DNA of 64,000 bases from Eubacteriales bacterium (GCA_035449045.1 DAOTKC010000005.1:1596-65595), one strand, 5' to 3'; positions 1 to 10,440 are shown, numbered from the stretch's first letter. The notes: generated from the letters alone by a model not told the origin. Numbers and translations are program-made.

Positions 1-519
1 GAGTGAGGAATCGAGAAGGCAGATTTTCAATATTTCCTCGGGGTCGGAGCCGATTTGAGAGAGTTTCCCCATCGTTTCGGGGCACAAAATCAAGTCATGG
101 TAGCCGCCCTTCTCTTTTTCCTCGAGAACGCGTTCCATAATCGACATAGTTTTGGAAAATGCTTCGGCGCGGCTGAGTCCGCCCACCGAGCCGGCGTGAA
201 AAATGCAGCGGCGGCCGCCCATATGGCTTAAAGCTTTCAGCGACTGCAAGATATAGCGCACCGAGTTCAGCGCCTTGACCTCGTCCTCCGACGCCATGTT
301 GATGTAATAGGGCGCGTGGACGGAAAATTCTATACCCGCTTCCTTTGCCGCGGCGCCGAACGTCGCCGCCGTCTCCGAGCGAAGCTGAACGCCGCGCCCG
401 AAGGAATACTCGAAAAGCTCCAACCCTTTTCTATTGAGCCAGGCGGGCATTTCGAGCATATCTTGATGCCCCTCTTCAAAAAATTTATTGCATTTTCCGG
501 CAATGCCGAATTTGACCAT
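1..519 (-). CDS. AP endonuclease family 2 / endonuclease IV-like TIM-barrel protein (N-terminal ~173 codons; gene runs off the left window edge)
   Basis: My own minus-strand translation from the ATG at 519-517 reads MVKFGIAGKCNKFFEEGHQDMLEMPAWLNRKGLELFEYSFGRGVQLR...IEFSVHAPYYINMAS...CIFHAGS. The VHAPYxIN and HxG segments resemble Nfo / xylose-isomerase-like TIM barrels. It is absent from the ORF track because it is open at the edge. Confidence 0.5.
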   Translation of the reverse strand, partial: MVKFGIAGKCNKFFEEGHQDMLEMPAWLNRKGLELFEYSFGRGVQLRSETAATFGAAAKEAGIEFSVHAPYYINMASEDEVKALNSVRYILQSLKALSHMGGRRCIFHAGSVGGLSRAEAFSKTMSIMERVLEEKEKGGYHDLILCPETMGKLSQIGSDPEEILKICLLDSSL

Positions 520-616
520 TTTTACTCCGCTATATCTGGCTTAATTCATTCCATTGCTTAATCGCAATAACGAATGTTTATCGGCCGATTTTTAATGATA
601 AAATACCGTTTCTGTT

Positions 617-1525
617 CTAAAACGCTTCTTCCGCTTCTTTTATATCGGCTTTTAGCTGCCTTAAAAACGCTTCTTCACTTTCAAATTTTATGGTATCACG
701 CAACCTTTTAATGAATGAAAGCTTAATGCTTTTGCCGTATATATCGTTCGAAAAATTCAGTATGTATGTCTCGGCTAAAAAGAGCTCTTCGCCGAAAGTG
801 GGACGGTCGCCGACGTTAGTCAAAGAGCGATAAGTTTTTCCGTTAATTTCGGTGACGGTAAGGTAAACTCCGCTCTTCAGTTTCAGCTTTTCGGCGTCAA
901 GTGCGATGTTGGCGGTGGGAAAGCCGAGGCGTCTTCCCCTGCCCTTAGTGTGGATAACTTCGCCTAAAATAAAATAAGGCTCAGAAAGGAGGCTGTTGGC
1001 ATATCCGACCTCGCCCTTCTCAATGGCTGAGCGGATTTTGGAAGTGGAAATTTTTTCGCGTCGGTTTATGTTTTCGTTGACAAAATCGAAAAGAACAAAT
1101 TCAATGCCCTTTTTCTTTAAATATTGCTCCAAGAATATTACGTTTCCCGCCGCGTCCTTGCCGAAGGTGTAGTCGGCGCCCGCAACGACAGCTTCCAAAT
1201 CGTAAAGGTTTGTTAGCCTATCCAAAAAATCTTGTGCGCTTAAAGCAAGCATATTTTCGTTCATCTCGGCCGCGACGACATAGTCAAGTCCCAATTTTTC
1301 AAAGATTGTCAATCGCTCGGGAAAGGTCAGAACCTGCTTCTGACCGCCCAAAAAGCTCAGCGGATTGTTATTGAAGGTGAAGGCGCCCGAGGCTACTCCT
1401 TTCTCTTTCGCCAAAACGGCGGCATGGCGCAAAAGCGCGGCGTGGCCGATATGGACGGCATCGAAAAAGCCCAGCCCTAAGATAATTTTTTTATTAAGCC
1501 CGCTTGAAAAGTCAATTATTTCCAT
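617..1525 (-). CDS. ribF: Bifunctional riboflavin kinase / FMN adenylyltransferase
   Basis: 302-aa ORF. The N-terminal GFFDAVHIGH nucleotidyltransferase motif, the C-terminal GxGRRLGFPTANI riboflavin kinase motif and the position next to truB all fit. Confidence 0.92.
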   Translation of the reverse strand: MEIIDFSSGLNKKIILGLGFFDAVHIGHAALLRHAAVLAKEKGVASGAFTFNNNPLSFLGGQKQVLTFPERLTIFEKLGLDYVVAAEMNENMLALSAQDFLDRLTNLYDLEAVVAGADYTFGKDAAGNVIFLEQYLKKKGIEFVLFDFVNENINRREKISTSKIRSAIEKGEVGYANSLLSEPYFILGEVIHTKGRGRRLGFPTANIALDAEKLKLKSGVYLTVTEINGKTYRSLTNVGDRPTFGEELFLAETYILNFSNDIYGKSIKLSFIKRLRDTIKFESEEAFLRQLKADIKEAEEAF

Positions 1526-1612
1526 CGTCCGTCGTTGATTGTTCGCTCGGCGGTTTTAAGTGTTTTGCGTGGTCGCCGTATGCTTTTAAGTTTTCACTTA
1601 TAAAAATTTAAT

Positions 1613-2509
1613 TTATAGCCGCACTTTTATATCTAAAAATCCGCCCTTTGCGGTTGCGATTCCAAAAAGTTTGTCGTCGGCGTAGACGGCTACGGTTTCA
1701 CCATCGGCAAATCCCGAAGCCCTCGATTTTATGCCGTTTGAAGCTTTTTTTATCTCGTCTTCGCCTTTCAAGTCAAATCTTTTAAAGCTTTCTACGGCGG
1801 AAGGGAGCGGAATCAAGTGTTTTAGAGGTTCTTTTATTATTTCCGACACCTTGGCGGCGCCCGAAATGTCAAACACTCCGCTTTTTAGGCGGCGAATATA
1901 TGACATATACCCCACCGTGCCGAGCGCGGCGGCGGCGTCGCGCGCTATACTTCTGACGTAAGTCCCGCCCTCGCAATCAATCAGCACACGGTATTCGTTT
2001 TCCGCTTTTTCCGAAATTACATTTTCGGGCGCAGCGCGCTTTTCGAGCAGTTTTATGCCGAATATATTGACCGGCCGCGGCTTTAGTTCGACCTCTTCAC
2101 CCTTTCGCGCAAGGTCGTAGGCGCGCTTGCCCCCCACGCTTATGCTGGAATATGCGGGCGGAATTTGGTCTACCGTCCCTTCGCACGACTTGAGCGCGGC
2201 GATGACGTCGTTTTCGGAAAACTTCGCTTGGCGCGTTTCCGTCACTTTTCCTTCGCCGTCGAGCGTATCGGTCGTTATGTTGAAAACGAAACCCGCCTCG
2301 TAGACTTTCCGCTCGCGCCGCAAAAACTCAAACAGCCGCGTTGCCTTGCCCAGCGCTATCACCAAAACGCCGGTGCCGGCGGGGTCAAGCGTCCCGAGAT
2401 GACCGACTTTGATTTTACCGAAAGGCTTAAGCGCGTTGCGGATTTTGACAACGACGTCGCTCGAAGTCCAGCCGCCCTCTTTATCGACGATAAAAAACCC
2501 GTCCATCAC
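1613..2509 (-). CDS. truB: tRNA pseudouridine(55) synthase
   Basis: 298 aa with the GHLGTLDPAGTGVL catalytic Asp motif. Conserved truB-ribF synteny; 4-nt overlap with the upstream gene. Confidence 0.92.
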   Translation of the reverse strand: MMDGFFIVDKEGGWTSSDVVVKIRNALKPFGKIKVGHLGTLDPAGTGVLVIALGKATRLFEFLRRERKVYEAGFVFNITTDTLDGEGKVTETRQAKFSENDVIAALKSCEGTVDQIPPAYSSISVGGKRAYDLARKGEEVELKPRPVNIFGIKLLEKRAAPENVISEKAENEYRVLIDCEGGTYVRSIARDAAAALGTVGYMSYIRRLKSGVFDISGAAKVSEIIKEPLKHLIPLPSAVESFKRFDLKGEDEIKKASNGIKSRASGFADGETVAVYADDKLFGIATAKGGFLDIKVRL

Positions 2510-3459
2510 ATTCTGTCGCGCGCCGATTTTATAATTTTATCGACGACATCTTCATAGAAACCCGAAAGCTTGAATCCCGAGGCGCGGGTGTGCCCGCCGC
2601 CGCCGAAGGAGGCGGCAAGCTCGGCGGCGTCGATTTTATATTTAGTGCGCACGCTGACGCGGTATTCGTATTGATTGACTTCGGTGAGCGCGGCGGCAAA
2701 TTCGACGGTGTCGATGTTGACAATGCCCGTTATTATTCCCTCGGTGTCTAAGATGCTGGCGCCTGTTTCCTTGAACATCTCGCGCGTGAAAGTTAAAACG
2801 GCGATGGTGTTGCCGTCGAAAAATCGGCAGGACACAAGGGCACGGTTAGCCAAATTGAAGACTTCGATGCTTTTGGCACGGTAGGTTTGATAAGTGATGC
2901 CAAAGGCATCGATTCCGGTCGTCATAAGCTCGGCCGCTATCTTCATGGTTTGCCCTGTCGTCGAAGAAAATGAAAAACAGCCGGTGTCGGTGACGATGGC
3001 GGCATAGAGGCAGGCTGCGGCGTCAAGTGTAAGCCAGCCTGCGTAATCCAAAAACTCATAGACTAACTCGCCCACCGCGCCGGCTTCTTCAACGATATAG
3101 AGGTCGCCGAAGCCGCTCTGCGTCTTGTGATGGTCAATTAAAACCTTGTCGCGGCACCTTAAAAAATCGCGCTGAAGCGGCCCCAATCGTTCAATGGATG
3201 CGCAATCCACCGCTATCGCAAGGTCGTGCTTAATATTGCATGAAGTTTTAATCTCATTACAGCCGGGCAAAGAAGCAAGACGCTTGGGCGGCATATCGCC
3301 GCAATAAATTTCCGCCTCTTTTCCGAGCGCTTTTACCGCTGAATAAATGGCCAGCCCCGAGCCGATGGTATCGCCGTCGGGTCGAACATGGGTAAACACG
3401 CCGACGCTCTTGGCGTTTTGAATATACCTTTTCAGTTTTTCCTTGAATTGCTCGGTCAT
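2506..3459 (-). CDS. nrnA: DHH/DHHA1 phosphoesterase (NrnA-type oligoribonuclease / pAp phosphatase)
   Basis: 317 aa with DGDTIGS, DHH (LIDHHK) and a C-terminal GGGGH motif. It sits in the usual place between rbfA and truB. Confidence 0.8.
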   Translation of the reverse strand: MTEQFKEKLKRYIQNAKSVGVFTHVRPDGDTIGSGLAIYSAVKALGKEAEIYCGDMPPKRLASLPGCNEIKTSCNIKHDLAIAVDCASIERLGPLQRDFLRCRDKVLIDHHKTQSGFGDLYIVEEAGAVGELVYEFLDYAGWLTLDAAACLYAAIVTDTGCFSFSSTTGQTMKIAAELMTTGIDAFGITYQTYRAKSIEVFNLANRALVSCRFFDGNTIAVLTFTREMFKETGASILDTEGIITGIVNIDTVEFAAALTEVNQYEYRVSVRTKYKIDAAELAASFGGGGHTRASGFKLSGFYEDVVDKIIKSARDRM

Positions 3460-3621
3460 GCGGCCTTCTTAATAAAATATCTTAGAAAAATGCGAGTGCT
3501 TTACAACTATCTATTAATGAGTATTTCGCATTAACGACAGTTTATATATTCATTTTGTCCGATAAACTATCTAATAATGTATTAATTATAGTTTTCAGCG
3601 AGAGCAAAAAATGAGTCGAGC

Positions 3622-3963
3622 TTAGTTTTTGTTCTCGCCGTCTTTTAAACTTTTTATGATTTTATCGATTTTTGCGCCGTATTCCATCGATTCGTCGCTT
3701 ATGAAAGAGAGCTTGGGAATCCGCCTAAGAGTTACCGCAGAGTTTAATTCCTTCATGATAAAACCCGCCGCCGAGTTGAGGGCTCCGAGCACCTCGGATT
3801 TGACGGCTCCCGAGCTGATGGCGGTGTAAACCTTGGCAAACTTGAGGTCGGCAGTTGTTTTTACAGCGGTCACCGTGACGTTGCCCGCCACTCTCGGATC
3901 TTTCATTCGCGACACTATGAGCGCGATTTGTTTTATAAGCTCGGAATCTACTCTTTCTAGCAT
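3622..3963 (-). CDS. rbfA: Ribosome-binding factor A
   Basis: 113 aa, located directly downstream of infB. The sequence is RbfA-like (VTVTAVKTTADLKFAKVY). Confidence 0.85.
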   Translation of the reverse strand: MLERVDSELIKQIALIVSRMKDPRVAGNVTVTAVKTTADLKFAKVYTAISSGAVKSEVLGALNSAAGFIMKELNSAVTLRRIPKLSFISDESMEYGAKIDKIIKSLKDGENKN

Positions 3964-4059
3964 CTTTATCCTTAAACGCGTGTTTCGTCACGCGATTAAA
4001 ACAACAAAGTTTAAAGGTTTTATGTTGATAAGTCCTAACGGTTTTAGCTTATCTAAGGC

Positions 4060-6579
4060 TTAATCGGCGTCCTTTATTTCTTCGATAATATAGGATTCGA
4101 TTAAATCGCCCTCTTTAATATCGTTGTAGTTTACAATCGAAATACCGCATTCGTAGCCTTTGGCAACTTCTTTGACGTCGTCTTTAAAGCGCTTCAAGCT
4201 TAATACTTCGCCCTCATACACTACCTTGCCGTCGCGGGACAGCCGCACTCTGGCGCTTCGGACCATTTTTCCGTCGGTGACGTAGCAACCGGCCACCGTT
4301 CCGACGTTGGAAATGCGGTAGATGCTTCTGACCTCGGCCTCGCCCAGCACGGTATCCTTATACTTCTTGGGACGCATGCCTTTAAGCTCGCTCTCGATGT
4401 CGTCAAGCATTTCATAGATGATGCGGTAATACGAAACCGCGACGTTTTTCTGCTCGGCGACCGCTTTGGCTTTGGTTTCGGTGCGGACGTTGAAGCCTAT
4501 AATCTTGGCATTGCTGGTCTCGGCGAGCATGACGTCGGTTTCGTTGATGGCGCCCACGCCGCTGTGGATAATGTTGACGTTGACGGGCTCGTTCGCGAAC
4601 TTCTCCATGGCGTGAATGATGGCTTCAACCGAGCCTTGGACGTCCGCCTTAATAATTAAGCGGTATTCCTTGATTTCGTCAACCGGCGGGAAGACGCCGC
4701 CCGGCGTAGTAATAACCCTGCTCTCCTGCTCCTTTAAGAGCCTTTCGGCGATAATCTGTTTGGCGAAATGCTCATCCTTTACCACAATCAGCGCATCGCC
4801 CGCGTTGGGAACCTCGGAAAAGCCCATTACCGAAACGGGGATGGAGGGACCGGCCTCTTTGACCGTCCTGCCCTTGTCGTCTATCATCGAGCGAAGCTTG
4901 GCCATGCGCGTGCCTGCCACGGCATAATCGCCCGTTCTAAGCGTGCCCGACTGCACCAGCACGGTAGCGAGCGGACCTCTCGACTTATCGCGGCTGGCCT
5001 CGATGATGGTGCCGCGCGCCGGTTTTTTGGGATTGGCCATCAGCTGCTTCATTTCGGCAACGAGCAGAATGGTTTCAAGCAAATCGTTGACGCCCTGGCC
5101 TGTTTTTGCCGACACCTTGACGAAGGGGGTAGTTCCGCCCCATTCTTCGGCGATTATGTCATAGGCCGTCAGATCCTGCATAATTCTTTGGGGATCGGCC
5201 GCCGGCTTATCAATTTTGTTGATTGCGACGACGATTTCAACCCCCGCCGCCTTGGCGTGGTTTAAAGCCTCGATTGTCTGCGGCATGACGCCGTCGTCGG
5301 CGGCAACGACCAAAACGGCAACGTCGGTGACCTGCGCGCCCCTCGCCCTCATCGCGGTGAATGCCTCGTGGCCGGGAGTGTCGAGGAATGTTATCGGCGA
5401 GCCCAGCGTGACGGTGTAGGCACCTATGTGCTGGGTAATGCCGCCCGCTTCTCCGCTCGCGACGTTGGCGCGCCTGATATAGTCGAGCAGCGACGTCTTG
5501 CCGTGGTCGACGTGCCCGAGTATGGTAACGACGGGCGGGCGCGGCACAAGGTCTTCGGGGTTGTCGGCCTCTGTTTCGGCCTCAACCAACGCGTCCTCGA
5601 ATGTCTTGGGCGGCTCGTAACTCAAAATGACGTCGAAATCGGCGGCGACGCGCTCGGCGGTCTCGAAATCTACCGAGTCGTTGATTGTCTTCAATATGCC
5701 GTAAGAAAACAGCTTTTTGACTATTTCGGGGCCGGTCTTGCCGATTTTTTCACTCAAAACCTTAATCGGTATAATTGAAGTGGTGATGACCGCCGATTCA
5801 ATCTTGACGTTGACGGGTTGTATAAACTCGTTTTTCTTGGTTTTTCCTTTAATGCGGATGCGGCTTTGGATGTCGCCTTCCTCGTCTATCTTAGTCTGCG
5901 AGAAATCTTCGACAATTATATTCTTTTTCATGAGCGAGCGCTTGTTGGCGTTGTGCTTTTCTTCCGCCGTCATCGGCTTGGTTTTTTTATCGCCCGTTTT
6001 GGTCTTGCCCGCGGGTATGGGCGGCGGCGCAACGGCCGGTGTAACCGGTTTCATTCCCGGCCTCGGCGGACGCGGCGGATATTTCGATTGGGGACCGCTT
6101 TGCCCCTGCGGACGTTGACGCGGCGAATCGGTGGGAATATAAACTCTTCCCACCTGCGTTTGCGCGCTTTTCTCGGGCGGAATATAAACGCACCTGGGCT
6201 CCTCGGCAGGCGTTTCGACGGCCGAGGGTTGCGCTTCCGCTACGGCTTCCTTTATCGGTTCGGGTTCCTTCTTAACTTCGATCGCGGGAGCAGCTTCTTC
6301 TGCGGGCTTTGTTCCCTCAGACTTAATTTCGGGAACAGGCGCCGCTTCTTCCTCGGCCTTCCGCTTCTTTTGCTCCTCGGCTTCCGCTTTAAGCCTCAGC
6401 TCAAGCTCGGCTGCGGCTATTTTTTCACGGCAATTTAACACCGCCTCGCCGAAGTCGGCGAGAATTTTCCTAAGCTCTGCCGCGGCGGACGAAAGCGGCA
6501 AAAGCTTTTCGCGCTGGTGCTGGGCAAGCAGCTTAATGTAATCCTTATTTTCGGTGCTTTTATTGATTGCGTCGCTCAT
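4060..6579 (-). CDS. infB: Translation initiation factor IF-2
   Basis: 839 aa. G-domain motifs are [17 protein letters not shown] and NKID. The N-terminal region is long and rich in Pro, Ala, Glu and Lys. Confidence 0.97.
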   Translation of the reverse strand: MSDAINKSTENKDYIKLLAQHQREKLLPLSSAAAELRKILADFGEAVLNCREKIAAAELELRLKAEAEEQKKRKAEEEAAPVPEIKSEGTKPAEEAAPAIEVKKEPEPIKEAVAEAQPSAVETPAEEPRCVYIPPEKSAQTQVGRVYIPTDSPRQRPQGQSGPQSKYPPRPPRPGMKPVTPAVAPPPIPAGKTKTGDKKTKPMTAEEKHNANKRSLMKKNIIVEDFSQTKIDEEGDIQSRIRIKGKTKKNEFIQPVNVKIESAVITTSIIPIKVLSEKIGKTGPEIVKKLFSYGILKTINDSVDFETAERVAADFDVILSYEPPKTFEDALVEAETEADNPEDLVPRPPVVTILGHVDHGKTSLLDYIRRANVASGEAGGITQHIGAYTVTLGSPITFLDTPGHEAFTAMRARGAQVTDVAVLVVAADDGVMPQTIEALNHAKAAGVEIVVAINKIDKPAADPQRIMQDLTAYDIIAEEWGGTTPFVKVSAKTGQGVNDLLETILLVAEMKQLMANPKKPARGTIIEASRDKSRGPLATVLVQSGTLRTGDYAVAGTRMAKLRSMIDDKGRTVKEAGPSIPVSVMGFSEVPNAGDALIVVKDEHFAKQIIAERLLKEQESRVITTPGGVFPPVDEIKEYRLIIKADVQGSVEAIIHAMEKFANEPVNVNIIHSGVGAINETDVMLAETSNAKIIGFNVRTETKAKAVAEQKNVAVSYYRIIYEMLDDIESELKGMRPKKYKDTVLGEAEVRSIYRISNVGTVAGCYVTDGKMVRSARVRLSRDGKVVYEGEVLSLKRFKDDVKEVAKGYECGISIVNYNDIKEGDLIESYIIEEIKDAD

Positions 6580-6875
6580 TGATTCACCTCGCCTAGGTTT
6601 TGCAGTATTGCTCTCGACAGTTCCTTATCGGTTATCGCGGCCGCTTTGACGTTCTCGGAGCGGCACAGCTCGGAAAGTCCGTCCAAATACACTAGCGGAA
6701 TATTGCCGCCCGCGTATTTTTCGGCATCCTTCTTGAGCCTGTCCGAAGCCGCGTTATCAATTAAAATCAAAGGATAGCTCCTTTTTTTTTCGGTTATGGC
6801 GTCGATTCCCCACACGATTTTGCCCGCTTTTTTGGCAAAGCCGATATAGGCCGTTATTTTCTTCAAATCCATCAA
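6576..6875 (-). CDS. ylxQ: L7Ae-family RNA-binding protein (YlxQ-like)
   Basis: 99 aa, located between ylxR and infB as in Bacillus. 4-nt overlap with infB. Confidence 0.75.
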   Translation of the reverse strand: MMDLKKITAYIGFAKKAGKIVWGIDAITEKKRSYPLILIDNAASDRLKKDAEKYAGGNIPLVYLDGLSELCRSENVKAAAITDKELSRAILQNLGEVNQ

Positions 6876-7025
6876 ACCCTCAAATCGGGACTTAAACCGT
6901 CAATTTTTTAATATAAACTCCCGTTTCCGCAATTTGCCACATCTCTCGGGTTAAGCTTCGGCAACTTTTTTCTTTTGCGGACTAAGATTATATGTTATTC
7001 GATTGCCCGAACATTGTGGATTTAA

Positions 7026-7298
7026 TTACGCTTTGTTTGCTTCACCCTTGGATATGGTTTCGGCAAGCTCGCAAAGCACCGCCTCGGGTATCTCGCATTT
7101 GAAGGCTCTGTTAAAAAGCCTCTTTTTTATTGCAAGCTTCATGCAGTCGGCTTCGGCGCAGATATATGCGCCGCGGCCTGCCGCCTTTCCCGAATAATCG
7201 AAGTAAAGCCCGCCGCTTTTATTTTTCACGACGCGCAGGAGCTCGCCTTTAGCCTTATGGGCGCGGCAAGCTATGCACATCCTTTCGGGCGCGTTCAT
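7026..7298 (-). CDS. ylxR: YlxR/RnpM family (DUF448) RNA-binding protein
   Basis: 90 aa with the MCIACR...GRGAYIC motif typical of DUF448. Immediately downstream of nusA with a 4-nt overlap. Confidence 0.8.
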   Translation of the reverse strand: MNAPERMCIACRAHKAKGELLRVVKNKSGGLYFDYSGKAAGRGAYICAEADCMKLAIKKRLFNRAFKCEIPEAVLCELAETISKGEANKA

Positions 7299-8386
7299 TC
7301 GGCGGAAGCGGGCGCTTCCTCGCCCTCGGCCTGAGCATCGGGCGCCACTATGCTGGAATAGGGCTTAACGTCTATTTTCCAGCCCGTCAGCTTAGCGGCT
7401 AAGCGTGCGTTCTGCCCTTGCTTTCCGATTGCCAGCGACAGCTTGTCGTCGGGCACTATTACTTTGGCCGACTTTGCGTCCTCGGTGATGGAAACCATCA
7501 AGACCTTGGCGGGCGAAAGCGCGCGGGAAATAAACTCTAAGGGGTCGCTGCACCATTCGATGACGTCGATTTTCTCGCCGCCCAGCTCGGCGACTATGGC
7601 ATTGACGCGGACGCCCTTATTACCTATGCAGGCGCCTATTGCATCGACGTTGGGGTCCTCGGCGGCGACGGCCAGCTTGGTGCGGTAGCCCGCCTCGCGG
7701 ACAATCGACTTGATGGAGACCAACCCCGAACGGATTTCGGGAACCTCCATCTCGAACATACGCTTGACGAATCCCGCGCTGCTTCGGGATACCACAACCT
7801 GCGCGCCGCGGTTGGTCGTTCTGACTTTCTTGATATAGACCTTTATGGTGTCGTTAACATTATATGTTTCGGTGGGAATTTGGTCGGCGAGCATCAAAAT
7901 ACCTTCCATCTGCGAAACGGTCATTTCGACAAAGATGTTGGCGCCTTCTTTGCGGCGGATGATGGCGTTCATAATCTCGCCCTCTTTTTCGCTCATTTCG
8001 GCGAAAACTTGGTCGCGCTTGGCATCGTTTATGCGCTGCATGACGACCTGTTTCGCCGTTTGCGCCGCTATTCTGGAGAAGTTTTTGGGCGTTATATCCT
8101 CGATGAGCACCTCGCCGAGCTTGCAGTTCGGCTTGATTTGGCGCGCTTCCGAAAGCTCAATTTCCTTATCGGGGTCCTCAACTTCGGCGACTATTTGCCG
8201 ATAGACGTAGACCTTGATGGTCTGCTTTTCGTCGTTGATTCTGACCGCAATCGTCCTCGACTCGCCGAACTCCTTTTTGTAGGCGGAAGCCAAACCGGCC
8301 TCCAGCGACTCGATGAGCATCTTCTGCGATATTCTCTTTTCGTTCTCCAGAGCCTTAAGCGCCGCGAAAAACTCCTTGTTGACCAT
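7295..8386 (-). CDS. nusA: Transcription termination/antitermination factor NusA
   Basis: 363 aa with N-terminal, S1 and two KH domains (ACIGNKGVRVNAI, AIGKQGQNARLAAKLTGWKIDV). Confidence 0.96.
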   Translation of the reverse strand: MVNKEFFAALKALENEKRISQKMLIESLEAGLASAYKKEFGESRTIAVRINDEKQTIKVYVYRQIVAEVEDPDKEIELSEARQIKPNCKLGEVLIEDITPKNFSRIAAQTAKQVVMQRINDAKRDQVFAEMSEKEGEIMNAIIRRKEGANIFVEMTVSQMEGILMLADQIPTETYNVNDTIKVYIKKVRTTNRGAQVVVSRSSAGFVKRMFEMEVPEIRSGLVSIKSIVREAGYRTKLAVAAEDPNVDAIGACIGNKGVRVNAIVAELGGEKIDVIEWCSDPLEFISRALSPAKVLMVSITEDAKSAKVIVPDDKLSLAIGKQGQNARLAAKLTGWKIDVKPYSSIVAPDAQAEGEEAPASAE

Positions 8387-8446
8387 AAAAACTCCTCCTA
8401 AACCCCGGCCTCGGGGCTTTCATATCGTTACAATTTTTTATTTAAG

Positions 8447-8908
8447 CTAAAACCTGACGAAAGGCCGGGCCTTAGCAATATTTGCTTTATCAATTTTAAC
8501 GCCTTTTTCGGCTTTTGTGTCCAAATAGACGCTGTCGGAATCAACCGATTTCAAAATCCCGACCGCGCTCTTGGACTTTGCAATCGGAGTTTGAAAAATA
8601 ATTTCGATTTCGGTGTCCAGGCTTCTCTCCCAGTCGGCATCGGTAACTATGGGGCGGTCGAGCCCGAGCGAGGAAACGTTGAGCGTATAGGGTAAATCGG
8701 ATGCGTCAATCTCGTCAAGCACGATGTCTACGGCGTTGTGGACGCGCTCGCAATCGTCGAGCGTAACGCCGCCTTTCTTGTGGATAAACAACGTCAGTGC
8801 GTTGCTCTTGAAGGCGTAGCCCCATTTGACCTCGACGAGCTCGGCCCCCTGCCCCGCTACTATATTTTTGAGCGCCTCGAAAATTTCCTGTTCGCTAAGT
8901 TTAGGCAT
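8447..8908 (-). CDS. rimP: Ribosome maturation factor RimP
   Basis: 153 aa, first gene of the rimP-nusA-infB operon by synteny. Confidence 0.85.
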   Translation of the reverse strand: MPKLSEQEIFEALKNIVAGQGAELVEVKWGYAFKSNALTLFIHKKGGVTLDDCERVHNAVDIVLDEIDASDLPYTLNVSSLGLDRPIVTDADWERSLDTEIEIIFQTPIAKSKSAVGILKSVDSDSVYLDTKAEKGVKIDKANIAKARPFVRF

Positions 8909-8947
8909 AAAATTTTTCTCCGTTTATGTAGAGAAAGCCCCTTATAT

Positions 8948-8979
8948 ACACAAGAGTGAGCCGCCGCTCACTCTTGTGT
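8948..8979 (-). other. Perfect 13-bp stem / 6-nt loop hairpin between rnhA and rimP
   Basis: ACACAAGAGTGAG-ccgccg-CTCACTCTTGTGT. No clear U-tract on either strand, so it could be an atypical terminator or an operon leader/processing structure. Confidence 0.4.
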
Positions 8980-9118
8980 AAGACCTTAAGTAAGGTTATG
9001 ATAGCATTAAAATCTTAAAGTGGCAAGTGTTTTAGGCTCCAAATAGGTTTAATATGATAATTATTTACTTTTTTTGCCGATTTTATCGGACTATCGGTTG
9101 TTTTCTCGATTTTTCCAA

Positions 9119-9568
9119 TCAGCCTTGAAGCTTTTTTATCTCGGCGACCGCCATCTTATCGCAACGGTTGTTATATTCGTTGTCGGCGTGGCCTTTGACT
9201 TTGACATATTCGACGGAGTGCGTCTTCATCAGGCTTAAAAGAGTTTTCCATAAATCGACGTTCTTGACCTCTCCGTTGTCGGCACGCCGCCAGCCGTTAT
9301 TCTGCCATTCGTTAATCCAGCCCTTGTTGAACGCCTCGACGAGATACTGAGAATCGCTGTAAACGGTGACGCGGCAAGGCTCCTTTAACGTGCGTAGACC
9401 CTGAATGACCGAGAAAAGCTCCATGCGGTTGTTGGTGGTGTCTTTCATAAAACCGCTGACCGCCTTCTCGCGTCCCTTATAGATAAGTATCGCCGCCCAG
9501 CCGCCGTTGCCGGGATTTCCCGAACAGGCGCCGTCGGTGTAAAGCTCTACCTGCTTAAGCATTGCCAA
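9119..9568 (-). CDS. rnhA: Ribonuclease HI
   Basis: 149 aa. LYTDGACSGNPGNGGWA, NNRMEL and GHADNEYNNRCD carry the catalytic residues in the RNase H1 pattern. Confidence 0.9.
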   Translation of the reverse strand: MAMLKQVELYTDGACSGNPGNGGWAAILIYKGREKAVSGFMKDTTNNRMELFSVIQGLRTLKEPCRVTVYSDSQYLVEAFNKGWINEWQNNGWRRADNGEVKNVDLWKTLLSLMKTHSVEYVKVKGHADNEYNNRCDKMAVAEIKKLQG

Positions 9569-10340
9569 GCTCCTTGGAGCGGTTGCGGCATTTTTCTATG
9601 CCCTTTTTAATGATATCGGAAAGGCCGGCTTCTCTAAAATAGTCGATAGCCTGAATGGTGGTGCCGCCCTTGCTGCACACCGCGTCGATGAGCTTTTCAA
9701 GGTCGTCGGCGGTTTTCGCCATCTCGGCGCCGCCGATGAGCGTCTGAATGGCGAGCGCCTTGGCTTCGTCGTGGCTAAGCCCGCCTTCGACGCCGCCCTC
9801 AATCATCGCCTGCAAAAACATATAAACATAGGCGGGCCCGCTGCCGCTTATCGAGGTAACGGCGTCCAGCTTATCTTCGGTCACTGCCACTGCTTTGCCG
9901 AATGAGTTAAAGAGAGCAAGCGTAAACTCGCGATCGCCGTCCGAAAAACCTTCAAAGGCGATTGCGCTCATCCCTGCCCCGACAAATGCCGGCATATTGG
10001 GCATAACGCGCGCCACCTTGGCATTGGGAAAGGCGGATTTGATTTTTTCGATTTTGATTCCCGCCATAATAGAGATAATCCGCTCAAGCTTGACCGCCGC
10101 AAGCTGGCTCACCACTTCGGGAAAAGACTGCGGCTTGACGGCAAACAGCACAAACTCCGCTTGCTCGGCCACCTTAAAATTGCTGTCGGTGGTTTGGACG
10201 CCGAGCGTGGCAAACGCCGCGAGCTTAACTTTATCGACGTCGCTCATTATAATCTCGCAGGGTCGAAGAAAGCTCATCGCGCCCTTGACTATCGCCGACG
10301 CCATATTTCCCGCGCCGATAATTCCCAACTTGCTTTGCAT
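9555..10340 (-). CDS. proC: Pyrroline-5-carboxylate reductase
   Basis: 261 aa with a GIIGAGNMA Rossmann motif and a C-terminal SKGGTT motif. Confidence 0.9.
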   Translation of the reverse strand: MQSKLGIIGAGNMASAIVKGAMSFLRPCEIIMSDVDKVKLAAFATLGVQTTDSNFKVAEQAEFVLFAVKPQSFPEVVSQLAAVKLERIISIMAGIKIEKIKSAFPNAKVARVMPNMPAFVGAGMSAIAFEGFSDGDREFTLALFNSFGKAVAVTEDKLDAVTSISGSGPAYVYMFLQAMIEGGVEGGLSHDEAKALAIQTLIGGAEMAKTADDLEKLIDAVCSKGGTTIQAIDYFREAGLSDIIKKGIEKCRNRSKELGNA

Positions 10341-10440
10341 AAATTACCTCTTAAAATTTAGGCGAAAAAAACACTGTAAACATTTTATATCATTATCATT
10401 TCTAAGTCAACAAAGTGGCTGCGGACAAACGCGGAATAAA

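Noticed and set aside
316-561. 81-aa plus-strand ORF at the left edge
   Set aside because: It is antisense to the endonuclease IV-like reading frame, which gives a much more protein-like translation.
6927-6980. Canonical K-turn in the ylxQ leader
   Set aside because: The helix has a 10-nt/1-nt asymmetric internal loop but lacks the tandem sheared G-A pairs of a K-turn. It is kept only as a low-interest structural observation.
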